A stretch of DNA of 64,000 nt. Source: a virus. A program made the position numbers and the translations under genes. Shown in pieces: positions 26,380-36,600 of the stretch. The stretch lies in the IMG/VR virus record IMGVR_UViG_3300029267_003703, positions 1 through 64,000 of that record; one strand, written 5' to 3'. Positions within the stretch are counted from its first letter, which is position 1. The number at the start of each line of letters is the position of its first letter. The notes beneath the pieces are model-generated. The model searched no databases. It saw only the letters and a list, made by a program, of their open reading frames with translations, and was not told the origin of the DNA.

Positions 26380-29300
26380 ATGGCACTGCGAGACTACGAG
26401 GCGTTCCTCCGCGAAAGGCTGCAGATCTGGGATCCCAATGTGGACGTGTCCCCGGGGTCCCCGATCGATGTCGAGGTCATTCAGCCGCTGCTTGGGCGGA
26501 TCGGCAACGACCCGTTCTCGTCCAACCTTCCTCTGTTCATTCGGGAGAGGTTGGCGCAGGAGTGGCCGAACATGAACACGTCGGAGGGCAGCGCCCTCGT
26601 GGACCTGTTGGTCAAGGGCTCCGAGCTCATCTTCGACCCGGTCGTCCGGGAGACCAACCGCATCGCGCTGTCGCAGTCGCTCAAGGACCCTGAGCTGCTG
26701 ACCACGGAAGAGGCCGACGCCCTGGCCGCCAACACGTTCTCCAACCGGACCCGGGGCGAGCTCGCTGTCGGCAAGGTGCGGGTGCGCTACGGTTCTCCTC
26801 GAGGCGTGAACGTCTCCCCGACCGACTACTTCCTGTCCAAGACGGGTCTTTTGTTCTACGCCACCAGCAAGCAGACCATCACGTCGCAAGAGATGCTGCT
26901 CAACCAGGAGGGCAACGAGTACTTCTTCGACGTGAACGCCATCGCGGAGGCCCCAGGTACGGCCTACAACATCGGTCCGGGAGAGATCTCCAGGGCACCG
27001 ACTCTTCAGGGCGCTTCGAGCGTCACGAACAAGACCAAGTTCGGGGGAGGGCTGGACTCCGAAGGCGCTCTCGAGTTCATCACGCGCACGGACCAGGAGC
27101 TCAGCCATCGCAGCATGGGCGTGCTGCGCGGCATCATCCACAAGCTCACTGAAGAGTTCGGCGGCATCACTCGAATCAACGTGGTCGGCTTCAACGACCC
27201 GGAGATGCAGCGCGACATCGTCAAGGGCGGGGGGCTTGGGCCCATCGTCACCTCGGGGGAGAACGCCTACAGCTTCCCAGACGGCTTGAACGGGGCAACC
27301 ACTAGGCGCATCCGCGTGACCGACCCCGTCGACTTTCGCCTGCTCATCGGCTCGCCGAACTTGGAGGTGGAGGACTACGTGCTGACAGTGCACGGTGCGT
27401 TTGCTGCGCCGCCGAGCATCCAAGACCTCGACATCACTCGAGTCATCAACGACCGCACACTCGAAGTGCGGCAGTCTCTGTTCGTGACGGGCCCCGACGC
27501 GCACCCGTGGGGTCTTCGGAAGAAGAGCATCACCTTGTCGAGCATCCCCGGGGGCATCGTCTTCCCGGACGGGGCGAACGGCGAGGTCAACATCGAAGAC
27601 AACGAGATTCACATCGGCGGTCTGACCGACATCTACATCAAGGGCAGCTCCTTCGAGGACGGGTCCTTGGTACTCGACGCGGTCACGGACGACCAGCCGA
27701 TCGCTGCCGGAACGCAGGCATTCATCCCGAACACCGCCGGCGTGGGGCAAAGGACCGTGGTCCTGCAGACCTACACGAGCGTGGGCCCGCCCACGCAGAC
27801 GGGGGAGCTGTACTACATCCGAGATACGGACCCCGTCTACAACCTGTTCCGCGGCACCATCAACTTGGGCTGGGTCTTCCAGGTCACAGAGCCCTCTTCG
27901 GTGGCGGGCTTCTATCGGATCGTGGCAGTCGAGCACGTGACCGACCCTCTCGACATTCACTACGGCCGCGCGCGGTTGACCTTGGACGCTGACGCCGGCA
28001 ACGGCAGCGGTGTTCAAGTCAACGACGTGGTGTGGAAGATTCAGGACGACGTCGACGTCGAGCTCGCGGAGCCGAAGGAGACGAAGATCTCTGGAAACGA
28101 CTTGCAGACGGGTGTCGGTTCCGACCTCGTATCCACCGCCACCGGGCACAACTTCGACGCGCTTGGCGTGGCCGTGGACGACATCTTGCGCATCTACGAC
28201 GGGCCTGATGCAGGGGACTACAAGATCATCGCCGTGCCCGCGCCGTTCACCTTGGTGCAGCTCGCGTCCCCTTTGATCACCACCAAGACCGGTTTGAAGT
28301 ACACGATCTTCCGTCCGAACGCCGCCGGCGGGATGAACATGCCGCTCATCCGCGTGCAGACGATCGACGTGCTCGACTCGAACCAGCAGCCCACTGGCTC
28401 GACTGTTCCTTTTGGGGCCCCGGTCTACGCCGAGACCAAGTCCTTCTCCAACGCGTTGAGGGGCAAAAAGGTCGAGATCCAAGACGGGACCCTTGGTATT
28501 GTGGGCCGGGCCTTCCCGACGAGCCTGTCACCGGCGCCGAACCTCGACAACACGGGGGTGGAGGGAAAGGCCCTGCACATTCGGTGGCAAGTACAAGGCA
28601 CCCTCGACAAAGACCCGCTCATCAGGTTCACCGATGTGCCGATGCCTGCGGTTGGTCCTGTCTCTCTCCAAGAGGTGGTCGACGCCATCAACACGCACAT
28701 GTCGAACCCCGCCATCGCCGGGGTGGCCCCCGCCTACATCGTCAGCGAGAACCGGCTCGGTATCGCTCCAGTGGCCCCGTACACGGAAGTCGACAGCTCC
28801 ACCGGCGGCCCGCTGCTGTCCTGCTACGAGAACTTGTTCGGAACGGGGGTCAGATGGCGGGAGCCTCTCACGTCCAGAGACGTTCGATCGGACGAGTTTC
28901 TGACACGGTACTACCCCAATCTGGGGTGGATAGATGACCGGCTTGGCATCGATAAGCGGACGGACGTGGTGGATGTGCTGAACGGCTACCAGGTCGGCAG
29001 CTACCCGATCATGAGGGACCCCTGGATCCTCACTCAGGTGGCGGACCCTGAGTCTGGCCTCATCGTCGACACGGACCTGAACCCGGAGTCGGACAGAAGG
29101 GTGCGTGTGGGAGCTCGATCCATCGGGTACGGCCGCTTCTACTTCCTTGAGCCGGTCACCATCGAGTTCAATCAGGACACAGAGGGGACCGTAAGCCTGG
29201 ACGACGGGACCATCCTTACCTTCCGTCCGGATCCTCTCATCAGTGCTGTGCGCATCCCGGCGCCGCCGAGCTCGATCGAGCCCAAGGATGGGTTCGTGAC

Positions 29301-30546
29301 CGCCTACGTTCTGCCGGATGGTACGTTCAACAGCCCGAATGCCGAGTTCGTCAGCATGGGCATCCAGAGCGGGGACATCATCCGCATCGACAGGATGGAC
29401 GTTCCGGTGTCCGGCCCGCTCACTGACCCGGTCCTGGCAATTGCGGACAAGACTCTCGTCTTTTCTGTGGACGGTCACGCCGACGTGACCATCACGCTCC
29501 TGCAAACGGACAACCTGGGCAACATCGGGCGGCAGGAGCTCGCCGACCAGATCAACTCGGCCCTCGGCGTGCCCGCGGTAATCATCGACAGCGCCAATCG
29601 CCTGACCCTGTCCGGGGACGTACCTGTGGTCCTGCGGTTCGACGACGACACGGCCAACTCCGGCATCTACGCCATCCCAGGCATGCAGGCCATCGTCACC
29701 GAGGACACCAGCAACACCTCGGACATGTTCGGGGACTACCTCATCCTTCGGGTGGTGGATGAGCAGACCCTCAGGTTCAGGGCTATTCAGGGGCCGGCCG
29801 GCATCGTCACCACCTCTCCCTTCCAACACTACTCGATCGTTCGGCCGGGCGCGCAGCGCATCACCAGCACGCAGATGCAGCAGAACGAAGGTCCGGCGGG
29901 CCTGTACTACGCTGACGTGGAGATGGCGTCCAACGGCACGGGCGACTTGTACAACGTCGAGGCGGGCCTCGAGATGCAGATCGAGGGCTACTACACGTAC
30001 GGCTACTACTTGAGCACGAACAACGAGGTTCTCACGTTCTCGGACGCTGAGGAGCCGGTCATGACGCTGCCCCCGGTCTACTTCCCCGTGGGCACTTCCG
30101 ATGACCTGCGCAACGCCGTCAGGATCATCTTCCAGAACTTGCAGGTCAACTACCAGACGCAGAGCTTGGTGAGCGACGCTCAGAGCTACACCATGAGCGA
30201 GATCGAGCGCGACGTTTGCCAGAACCCGCTGGTCAAGCACCTGATCCCGCACTTCGTACGTCTGGACCTGGTCTACGAAGGCGGGTCGAAGGCGTCTGTG
30301 CTGCTGCCGGACGTCGAGGCGTACATTCGCAACACCTACCCCAACCAGCCCCTCGAGGCCACGGGCGTCCAGAAGCTGGCGCAGAACAGGGGCGCCACGT
30401 CGGTGGAGGGGCCGCTCGACCTCATCGCGGTGGTACACCGCACCGACCGGACGGTGTGGTTGGACTGGTCGCAGAATCGGGTCAGCACCGGCCGCCTCTC
30501 TGCCTTCATCCCCGACGTTCTGAACCTCGAGCGCAGAAGCGCCTAG
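26380..30546 (+). CDS. Baseplate J-like wedge protein (1388 aa)
   Basis: EGSALVDLL, ALAAN.F.NR..G..A.G.V, AIAEAPGTAYNI..GEI, VTN...GGGLDSE motifs of baseplate J/gp6 proteins. Confidence 0.8.
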   Translation: MALRDYEAFLRERLQIWDPNVDVSPGSPIDVEVIQPLLGRIGNDPFSSNLPLFIRERLAQEWPNMNTSEGSALVDLLVKGSELIFDPVVRETNRIALSQSLKDPELLTTEEADALAANTFSNRTRGELAVGKVRVRYGSPRGVNVSPTDYFLSKTGLLFYATSKQTITSQEMLLNQEGNEYFFDVNAIAEAPGTAYNIGPGEISRAPTLQGASSVTNKTKFGGGLDSEGALEFITRTDQELSHRSMGVLRGIIHKLTEEFGGITRINVVGFNDPEMQRDIVKGGGLGPIVTSGENAYSFPDGLNGATTRRIRVTDPVDFRLLIGSPNLEVEDYVLTVHGAFAAPPSIQDLDITRVINDRTLEVRQSLFVTGPDAHPWGLRKKSITLSSIPGGIVFPDGANGEVNIEDNEIHIGGLTDIYIKGSSFEDGSLVLDAVTDDQPIAAGTQAFIPNTAGVGQRTVVLQTYTSVGPPTQTGELYYIRDTDPVYNLFRGTINLGWVFQVTEPSSVAGFYRIVAVEHVTDPLDIHYGRARLTLDADAGNGSGVQVNDVVWKIQDDVDVELAEPKETKISGNDLQTGVGSDLVSTATGHNFDALGVAVDDILRIYDGPDAGDYKIIAVPAPFTLVQLASPLITTKTGLKYTIFRPNAAGGMNMPLIRVQTIDVLDSNQQPTGSTVPFGAPVYAETKSFSNALRGKKVEIQDGTLGIVGRAFPTSLSPAPNLDNTGVEGKALHIRWQVQGTLDKDPLIRFTDVPMPAVGPVSLQEVVDAINTHMSNPAIAGVAPAYIVSENRLGIAPVAPYTEVDSSTGGPLLSCYENLFGTGVRWREPLTSRDVRSDEFLTRYYPNLGWIDDRLGIDKRTDVVDVLNGYQVGSYPIMRDPWILTQVADPESGLIVDTDLNPESDRRVRVGARSIGYGRFYFLEPVTIEFNQDTEGTVSLDDGTILTFRPDPLISAVRIPAPPSSIEPKDGFVTAYVLPDGTFNSPNAEFVSMGIQSGDIIRIDRMDVPVSGPLTDPVLAIADKTLVFSVDGHADVTITLLQTDNLGNIGRQELADQINSALGVPAVIIDSANRLTLSGDVPVVLRFDDDTANSGIYAIPGMQAIVTEDTSNTSDMFGDYLILRVVDEQTLRFRAIQGPAGIVTTSPFQHYSIVRPGAQRITSTQMQQNEGPAGLYYADVEMASNGTGDLYNVEAGLEMQIEGYYTYGYYLSTNNEVLTFSDAEEPVMTLPPVYFPVGTSDDLRNAVRIIFQNLQVNYQTQSLVSDAQSYTMSEIERDVCQNPLVKHLIPHFVRLDLVYEGGSKASVLLPDVEAYIRNTYPNQPLEATGVQKLAQNRGATSVEGPLDLIAVVHRTDRTVWLDWSQNRVSTGRLSAFIPDVLNLERRSA

Positions 30547-30851
30547 CTTCCGATGATCGGGATGTCAGGCGGAACCCGTGCGGGGTTCCCCCGCTCTACC
30601 TCCAGGCCAGAGTGGGGGTCGAACAAGTTCCCGCACGAGCCGCACCTCAGTACCGCCCGCGGCACGAGCGTGCCCTGTCCGAAGATGTGCTCTTTGGACA
30701 GGAACTCCTTGTGTCGTTTGCCTCCGCAGCGGGGGCACGTCTCGTACTGCCGGTACAGGGCTTCGTACTTCCGGTTCTCTCCGGACAGATCGTCCTCATA
30801 CCCTTCAATTGCCTTGCGAACCTGCTCTGGGGTCAGGGTGACACACGTCAT
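30543..30851 (-). CDS. Zn-ribbon protein encoded antisense within the structural module
   Basis: CPRCGG ... CGSCG; has its own promoter; shares the CTAG stop with the convergent baseplate gene. Confidence 0.7.
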   Translation of the reverse strand: MTCVTLTPEQVRKAIEGYEDDLSGENRKYEALYRQYETCPRCGGKRHKEFLSKEHIFGQGTLVPRAVLRCGSCGNLFDPHSGLEVERGNPARVPPDIPIIGS

Positions 30852-30857
30852 TGGCCG

Positions 30858-30885
30858 ATGGTATAACGGGGGGCGTAGGAGTCAA
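30858..30885 (-). promoter_or_regulatory. Sigma70-type promoter TTGACT-N16-TACCAT for the antisense Zn-ribbon gene, overlapping a plus-strand TGG-TATAAC
   Basis: Read on minus strand; ATG 6 nt downstream (leaderless). Confidence 0.6.
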
Positions 30886-30886
30886 C

Positions 30887-31789
30887 ATGGCCTGGAGTGC
30901 TGCTTTTCGAATTGACCAAGTCGGGGGAGCTGGTCCAGCGCCCGGCCCGGACCTTGCCAGGACAGACCTTTGGCAGGTCCATAGGGTAGACCTGACTCCC
31001 ACCATGGCCCCGCCGGGGGCCATCTACGAGTGGTCCTTCGTCTCCCGGCCGCCCGGGTCAACGGCGGAGTTTTTGGACCCCGGCACCGGCCTGCCGAACC
31101 CAAACCACGCCACCCCCTACTTCGTCCCCGACGTGTGGGGGACGTTCCTCGTACGCCTGGTACTGAATCAGGGCTCCATTCCGGAGAACGTTCTCGTTGC
31201 GGCCGTCAAGTTCAATCACGACGGGCGCGTCATGCAGTGCGGCTGGCGCTACCCGGGCTTCGGTGAGCAGCAGGACTACGCCAGCGATCCTCGAGGGTGG
31301 GCCACGGCGGTCGAGAACATCTTCGACAGCATCTGCGCTTCGCTGTCTGTTTTCATCGAGGTCGGGGGGACCAGCGCTGCCAGCGCAGGGCTTCGTGAAG
31401 CCGATCTATCTTCCAAGGACCAGAAGAGGACCAGATACCGCTCGATCGACCACACCGACACCGAGCTCGCTACTCTGGCCTCGGAAGTCATCGACAAGAA
31501 GAACTATCTTGGCGGCGTCCTGGCTCTTCTACGATACGACGATGGAGGGGACGTTTATCGACTGGCGTTCCTGGATCCGGTAACAGAGTCGATAGTTACC
31601 CACTGGTCGATGGAGGACTTGTGCTCCAGCGAGCTCACCGGGCCCATCCCGTACGCCTTGGCAGTTCGCGGCCATTACGTGGCCGTTGTTTGCGACCAGG
31701 CGGTGATCTTGTGCGATCCATCCATGGACCTCATCGTGCCGGGGTGCATGACCAACTGGCCCCCCGTGGTCACCATCCCCGAAGTCTAG
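30887..31789 (+). CDS. Fibre-associated protein, part 1 (PKD-like domain, start of beta-propeller)
   Basis: YEWSFVSRPPGS..TPYFVPDVWGTFLVRL PKD-like; SD AGGAG; ends in TAG in frame with the next two ORFs. Confidence 0.75.
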   Translation: MAWSAAFRIDQVGGAGPAPGPDLARTDLWQVHRVDLTPTMAPPGAIYEWSFVSRPPGSTAEFLDPGTGLPNPNHATPYFVPDVWGTFLVRLVLNQGSIPENVLVAAVKFNHDGRVMQCGWRYPGFGEQQDYASDPRGWATAVENIFDSICASLSVFIEVGGTSAASAGLREADLSSKDQKRTRYRSIDHTDTELATLASEVIDKKNYLGGVLALLRYDDGGDVYRLAFLDPVTESIVTHWSMEDLCSSELTGPIPYALAVRGHYVAVVCDQAVILCDPSMDLIVPGCMTNWPPVVTIPEV

Positions 31790-31798
31790 GAGGTCAAG

Positions 31799-31987
31799 AT
31801 GGCGGTCCCCTACGAAGTCATCACTTGCCCGGACCCCCCGTACACGTTCAGTCCCAACTCTCGCGCCGTCATCATCATCGAGGACGGCAAACCCCGGGTC
31901 TTCATCTCCGATCCCGACAAGGACAAGGTCTACACGGCCGAGACCTGTCTGTTGTCGGACATCACGGCCAACACAGCGGCCGTCTAG
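31799..31987 (+). CDS. 62-aa ORF resembling a single propeller blade, part 2
   Basis: PNSRAVIIIEDGKPRVFISDPDKDKVY NHL-like blade; SD AGGAGGT overlapping the upstream TAG. Confidence 0.65.
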   Translation: MAVPYEVITCPDPPYTFSPNSRAVIIIEDGKPRVFISDPDKDKVYTAETCLLSDITANTAAV

Positions 31988-31993
31988 GTACTC

Positions 31994-33418
31994 ATGGCGA
32001 TTCAGGCAACCACAGCATGGCAGGGAGAGGCGGGGGATCTTCCTCAAGGCATCGCGGTCGACGAGGCGGGGTACGTCTGGGTCGCCTTGAGAGGGGCCGA
32101 CAAGGTGGTGAAGCTCGGGTGGGATGCCCTGTCGGCCATCCTGTCCTTCGAGGGGCAACGCCTGACGCAGCCCGGCCCCGCGGAGCTGCTGTTCGACGGA
32201 ACCTACGTCTGGGCTTCGCACAGCTACGTCGACTACGAGACGCCCGGCCCCACAGTCCTGAGCGACACCGTTTCGCGCGTCTCGGCCAGTACTGACCAGG
32301 TCGTGGACGTGCTGCTCGAGCTCGAGATCTGCGACGAGGAGGCCATTCAAGTAGGAGCTGGCCCCTCGAGGATGTGCTGGGACGGCATGTACGTTTGGCT
32401 GAGCGCCAAGGCCCACATGGACATCTTCGCGCAAAGCCTAGCAGGCTCACAAGTCGTGACGATGGACGTTCCCTTGCCCATACAGATCAACCCCGTGTCG
32501 ATGGAGGTGTCGACGGGAGTACCGCCGCACTTCATGGGGGAGCTCCTTGCGGTGCCGTGGGTCCCGCTTCTTTCGGGCATCGACGTGACGACCTACCCCG
32601 TCGCCTTCGATAACATGCGGGGGCTCTGGTTCTCTTTCTACCAAGAAGTGCATGTTGGGGCAGCCACGCTGCCTTCTGTTTGCGTCTTCCGGATCCCGCA
32701 GAACTGCTCTCGTGGAGAGTACGATGAGCTGGCGCTTCGGCACATGCCGGCTGGTGCCCTTCTTACTATCTCCGACCCATCTAGTTCTGGGTGCAACATC
32801 CAAACAGAAGATGCTGGCGCCGGCGTCATCGAGGCCATGCTCGGCACCTCGGACGGTGACGTGCCAACGTGGAACGCGGCGACAGAAAAGTGGGTGCCCG
32901 GCCCTCCGGGGGCGGCCACAGACGTGCGCGTCAAGGTCACCGCGGCGGACACGACGACCGACTACCTCTTCAACAAGATCGCGGCCGGCTCGAACATCTC
33001 GCTCAACGTTCTCAACCCTGGCGCCAACGAGCAGCTCGAGATCAGTGCGGTGGGCGGCTCCGGCAGCCTCACCGGCACCTACACCAATGGGGGAGGTGTC
33101 GTCGCAGGAGACGCCGTGTACATCTCGGGTACCGATACGGTTGGTCGCGCTGACGCATCCGGCCTGTCGACGGCGCCTTGTGTAGGCTTCGCTGTGGCTG
33201 TTGGCGCGAGCGTGACGGTCCAGTATGCTGGCGAGGTAACATTGCCCAGTCCGGTTCTGGTGGCCGGGGCAGAGTACTACCTCGCCGCTTCCGCCGGGCA
33301 GATCACGACAACGGCCCCAACAGGAGCGAACAGAGTGCTGCAAAAGATCGGGTACGCCAAGAGTTCGACGGTCCTCGTGTTGAACCCGGACAACTCGTAC
33401 GCCGTTCTGGCAGCATAG
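31994..33418 (+). CDS. Fibre protein, part 3: Vgb/NHL-like propeller blades plus C-terminal capsid-fibre (DUF2190-like) domain
   Basis: PQGIAVDEAGYVWVA, PAELLFDGTYVWAS, PSRMCWDGMYVWLS repeats; C-terminal GDAVYIS..VGFA..GEV..YYL..AGQITTTAP. Confidence 0.75.
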   Translation: MAIQATTAWQGEAGDLPQGIAVDEAGYVWVALRGADKVVKLGWDALSAILSFEGQRLTQPGPAELLFDGTYVWASHSYVDYETPGPTVLSDTVSRVSASTDQVVDVLLELEICDEEAIQVGAGPSRMCWDGMYVWLSAKAHMDIFAQSLAGSQVVTMDVPLPIQINPVSMEVSTGVPPHFMGELLAVPWVPLLSGIDVTTYPVAFDNMRGLWFSFYQEVHVGAATLPSVCVFRIPQNCSRGEYDELALRHMPAGALLTISDPSSSGCNIQTEDAGAGVIEAMLGTSDGDVPTWNAATEKWVPGPPGAATDVRVKVTAADTTTDYLFNKIAAGSNISLNVLNPGANEQLEISAVGGSGSLTGTYTNGGGVVAGDAVYISGTDTVGRADASGLSTAPCVGFAVAVGASVTVQYAGEVTLPSPVLVAGAEYYLAASAGQITTTAPTGANRVLQKIGYAKSSTVLVLNPDNSYAVLAA

Positions 33419-33431
33419 GTGGAGGAAGAGC

Positions 33432-33662
33432 ATGGCACGTTTCAAGTATCTCGGTGAGCCGCCCCGTCCCAGTCTGGTCACTTCCTACGGCCCCTGTTTG
33501 AAGATTCGGATCCGTAAGCAGGACGGCACCGTTGAGACTTTGGAGCCTGTCTCCCCGGCGACTTCGTTCGTCATCGGGGAAGATATTGGACACGAGATCA
33601 CCGACCCGCGTGTTCTGAGGCATATGAGGGCAGAGACAACCCGCTTCGAAGAGATCGTGTGA
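33432..33662 (+). CDS. Small hypothetical virion-module protein
   Basis: SD GGAGG; 76 aa. Confidence 0.7.
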   Translation: MARFKYLGEPPRPSLVTSYGPCLKIRIRKQDGTVETLEPVSPATSFVIGEDIGHEITDPRVLRHMRAETTRFEEIV

Positions 33663-33679
33663 GTCGGAGGTAACAAGAC

Positions 33680-36600
33680 ATGGCAGACCTGAGAGCACTC
33701 GTTATTCCCACAACCGGAGCGGGAGCGGGCAACTACGCCCACCTGCTCGACGGCGACCAGCTCCAAGTTGGAGCGGGCATCAAGGGGACCTCCGGCACCA
33801 ACGTGCTGGTCATCTCCGACGCCAGTGGCAGCGGAACCATTCGCGTTCCTGCCGCACAGACCCTTGAGGTCACCAACATCGACGTCGGCGGACCGATCTA
33901 CATTGGCCAGAACGGCGCCACGGCCGTGCAGGTTGGCCAAGCCGGCATCACCATCGATGTCGGTACGCCTTCGGACGCCACGGCCACCATCAACTTGAAC
34001 GGCAATGTCCTTACGCGTGGCACAGAAACCGTCGTCGGAACCAGCGAGTTCCAGGAAGATGCTACGTTCCAGGGGGATGTTACCTTCGGCGTGCAGTCGA
34101 CGACGGAGACCGACACGGTCACCTTCGCCTCGCACACTCGCATCACGTCGAACATGATCTTCGGCCTCGCCAACCGCCGCATCGCAATGGAAGACGGCGC
34201 GCTCGACACGACAGCGTACCAGTTCACCGTCAGCGGCGGCGACGGCGGCGCGTACGATTCTGTCGCCCCCGGCGATGGTGGTGGGTTGGGCATCTACGGC
34301 GGTTCGGGCGGGGCGTACCCGGCAGGAACCGGTGGAGACGGCGGCAGCATCGTCATTACCGGCGGAACAGGTGGCACGGGCAGCACGCAGGGCGATGGCG
34401 GCGACGTCGAGATCAAGCCCGGCGCCGGCACCAACTACGGCAGCGTCATCGTTGGCCACGCTACGCCCAGCGAGGCGTATCTGCTGTTCCTGAGCAGCAA
34501 CGATGTTTCTCCCACGCAGGCAGACGGCCCCGGCTTCCGCATCAGCAGCTCAGGCAACATGCAGTTCTGCAACGCCGGAGGCACCTGGACCAGCTTTGCG
34601 GCGGGCGACACCCTCCCCACCGGCACCAACGATGGCGATCGTCTCGAGTACGCGTCGGGGTCTCCCGGAAGTTGGCAGGTGGTGCAGGACATCCACATGG
34701 CCAGCACCGGCGACCGCACCATCGACGTTCGAAGTGCGGCGACGGCGAGGTCTTTGACCATCGCGGCGGGCACCACCACCACGGCAGACGCGGCGGGCGC
34801 CAACCTCTACTTGATCGGTGGGGCGGCCCTTGGGACCGGCATCGGCGGCGGCGTGTCTGTTTCGGGCGCCCAAAACGGGACCGGAGGCCCGGGCGGTTTG
34901 GTGGCGATCAGCGGCGGTAACTCCACCGCCATGGACGGCGGCGACGTCACGGTTGTCGGCGGAACTGCCGCTGCTGGGGCGGGTGACGGCGGCAACCTCA
35001 CCCTTGCCGGCGGCGGTACGACCGGGGGGAGTCGGGGAACCGTCTACACGTACGGTCCTTGGGAGCTCAAGTCCTCCTCGTCCAGCGTGTACGCTGTGGT
35101 CAATCTTCAGTGCACCAATGTCACCAACAGCGCTGACGGCTACACCACCGGTACCCGCTTCCTCGACAACGTCGGCATGATCTGGGCGTACAAGGGCGAC
35201 GGCTACCTCATCACGCAAGAGAACGCGGACGCAGCTTCTGTCGGCGGTCCGATGACCCTTCAGGGCGGCCGTGGAACGGGCGCCGGCGGCGGCGCGTTGA
35301 ATCTGTACGGCGGCAACGCCGAAACCACTGGCGCCGGCGGCACCGTCACTATCACAGGCGGTGCCGGAGGTGCGACATCGGGCAACGGTGGTTCGGTAGC
35401 TGTGAACGCCGGAACAACCACTACCTCCGGTGCGGGCGGAAACATCACCCTCACAGCGAGCTCGGCTGCTACTAGCGGGCTCGGGGGCAACATCACGGGA
35501 ACCGCCGGTAACAGTGCTGGTGCCGGCGGTGCCGGTGGGCACGTCAACTTCGACGCCGGCCAAGGTACCGGCACGGGCGATGGCGGTTACGTCAGGATTC
35601 GTGCTTCGAAGGGTGGTGCGGGCGGCAATGGCGGCGACGCCACGGTCCAGGCCGGCGATGGAGGCACCTCGACTGGCGACGGCGGTGACGTGTTCCTGAT
35701 CCCGGGAGTCGGAGACGGGGATGGTGTTGCTGGCAAAGCTATCGTCGGCAGCGCGTCCATGGACCAGTCGCATCTGTTGTTCTGGACCACGGATGGCCTT
35801 CCCGACACCACGGATGGACCCGGCATCCGGTATAACGCCGACACCGACGCGATGGAGTACAACGATGCGTCGGTAGCGGATTGGACTCCCTTCGCAGGTG
35901 GTGGTGGTGGATTCGTCAACGCAGGTAGCGACGATTATCAAATCCTGTACTGGGATGAGTCGGGTGATCAGGAGTGGAAGCCCACCAGTGAGCTTCAACT
36001 CCCGAATGGGGACAATCGTGGCATCTACATCGAAGCCGATTCCACGGCGCGCACGTTGACTGTGGCGGGTTCTTCTGGTCTCGCTGCCACGAACAGTGGT
36101 GGCGACCTCGCTCTCATCGGCGGTCCCGGCAAGACGACCGGAACGGGCGGCAGCGTGCGAATCGCTGGCGGATACACCGGTTCTGGCGGAACCATGGGCG
36201 ACGTCTACCTTGACGGCGGCTACTTCGACGGAGTCTACGGAAACATCTACGTCGGCAGCCTCAACACAGGCGGCACTTCGGAAGTGTTGCAGTTCGGCGC
36301 TTCCGGGGGCAACCAATTGCAGATCGACTTCACCAACAATGGCAACAGCCGGGTGATCAGTTCCATCACGTTCGACCCGTCTTCTGACCGTGAGGTCAAC
36401 ATGGCAGCCGCCGCAGGCAAGGGCGCCACGCTTAGCCTGGTCGGCCAGGACAGCACGGACAACGATGGCGGCGACGTTCAGGTTCTTGCCGGAGCCGCCA
36501 GCCCTGGTGCGGGCAGCGGCGGCAGCGTCTTGATACGAGCGGGCGAAGCCAACGCTGGAACTGGCGGCTCTGTCACCGTCAATGCCGGATCCGGGATCCT

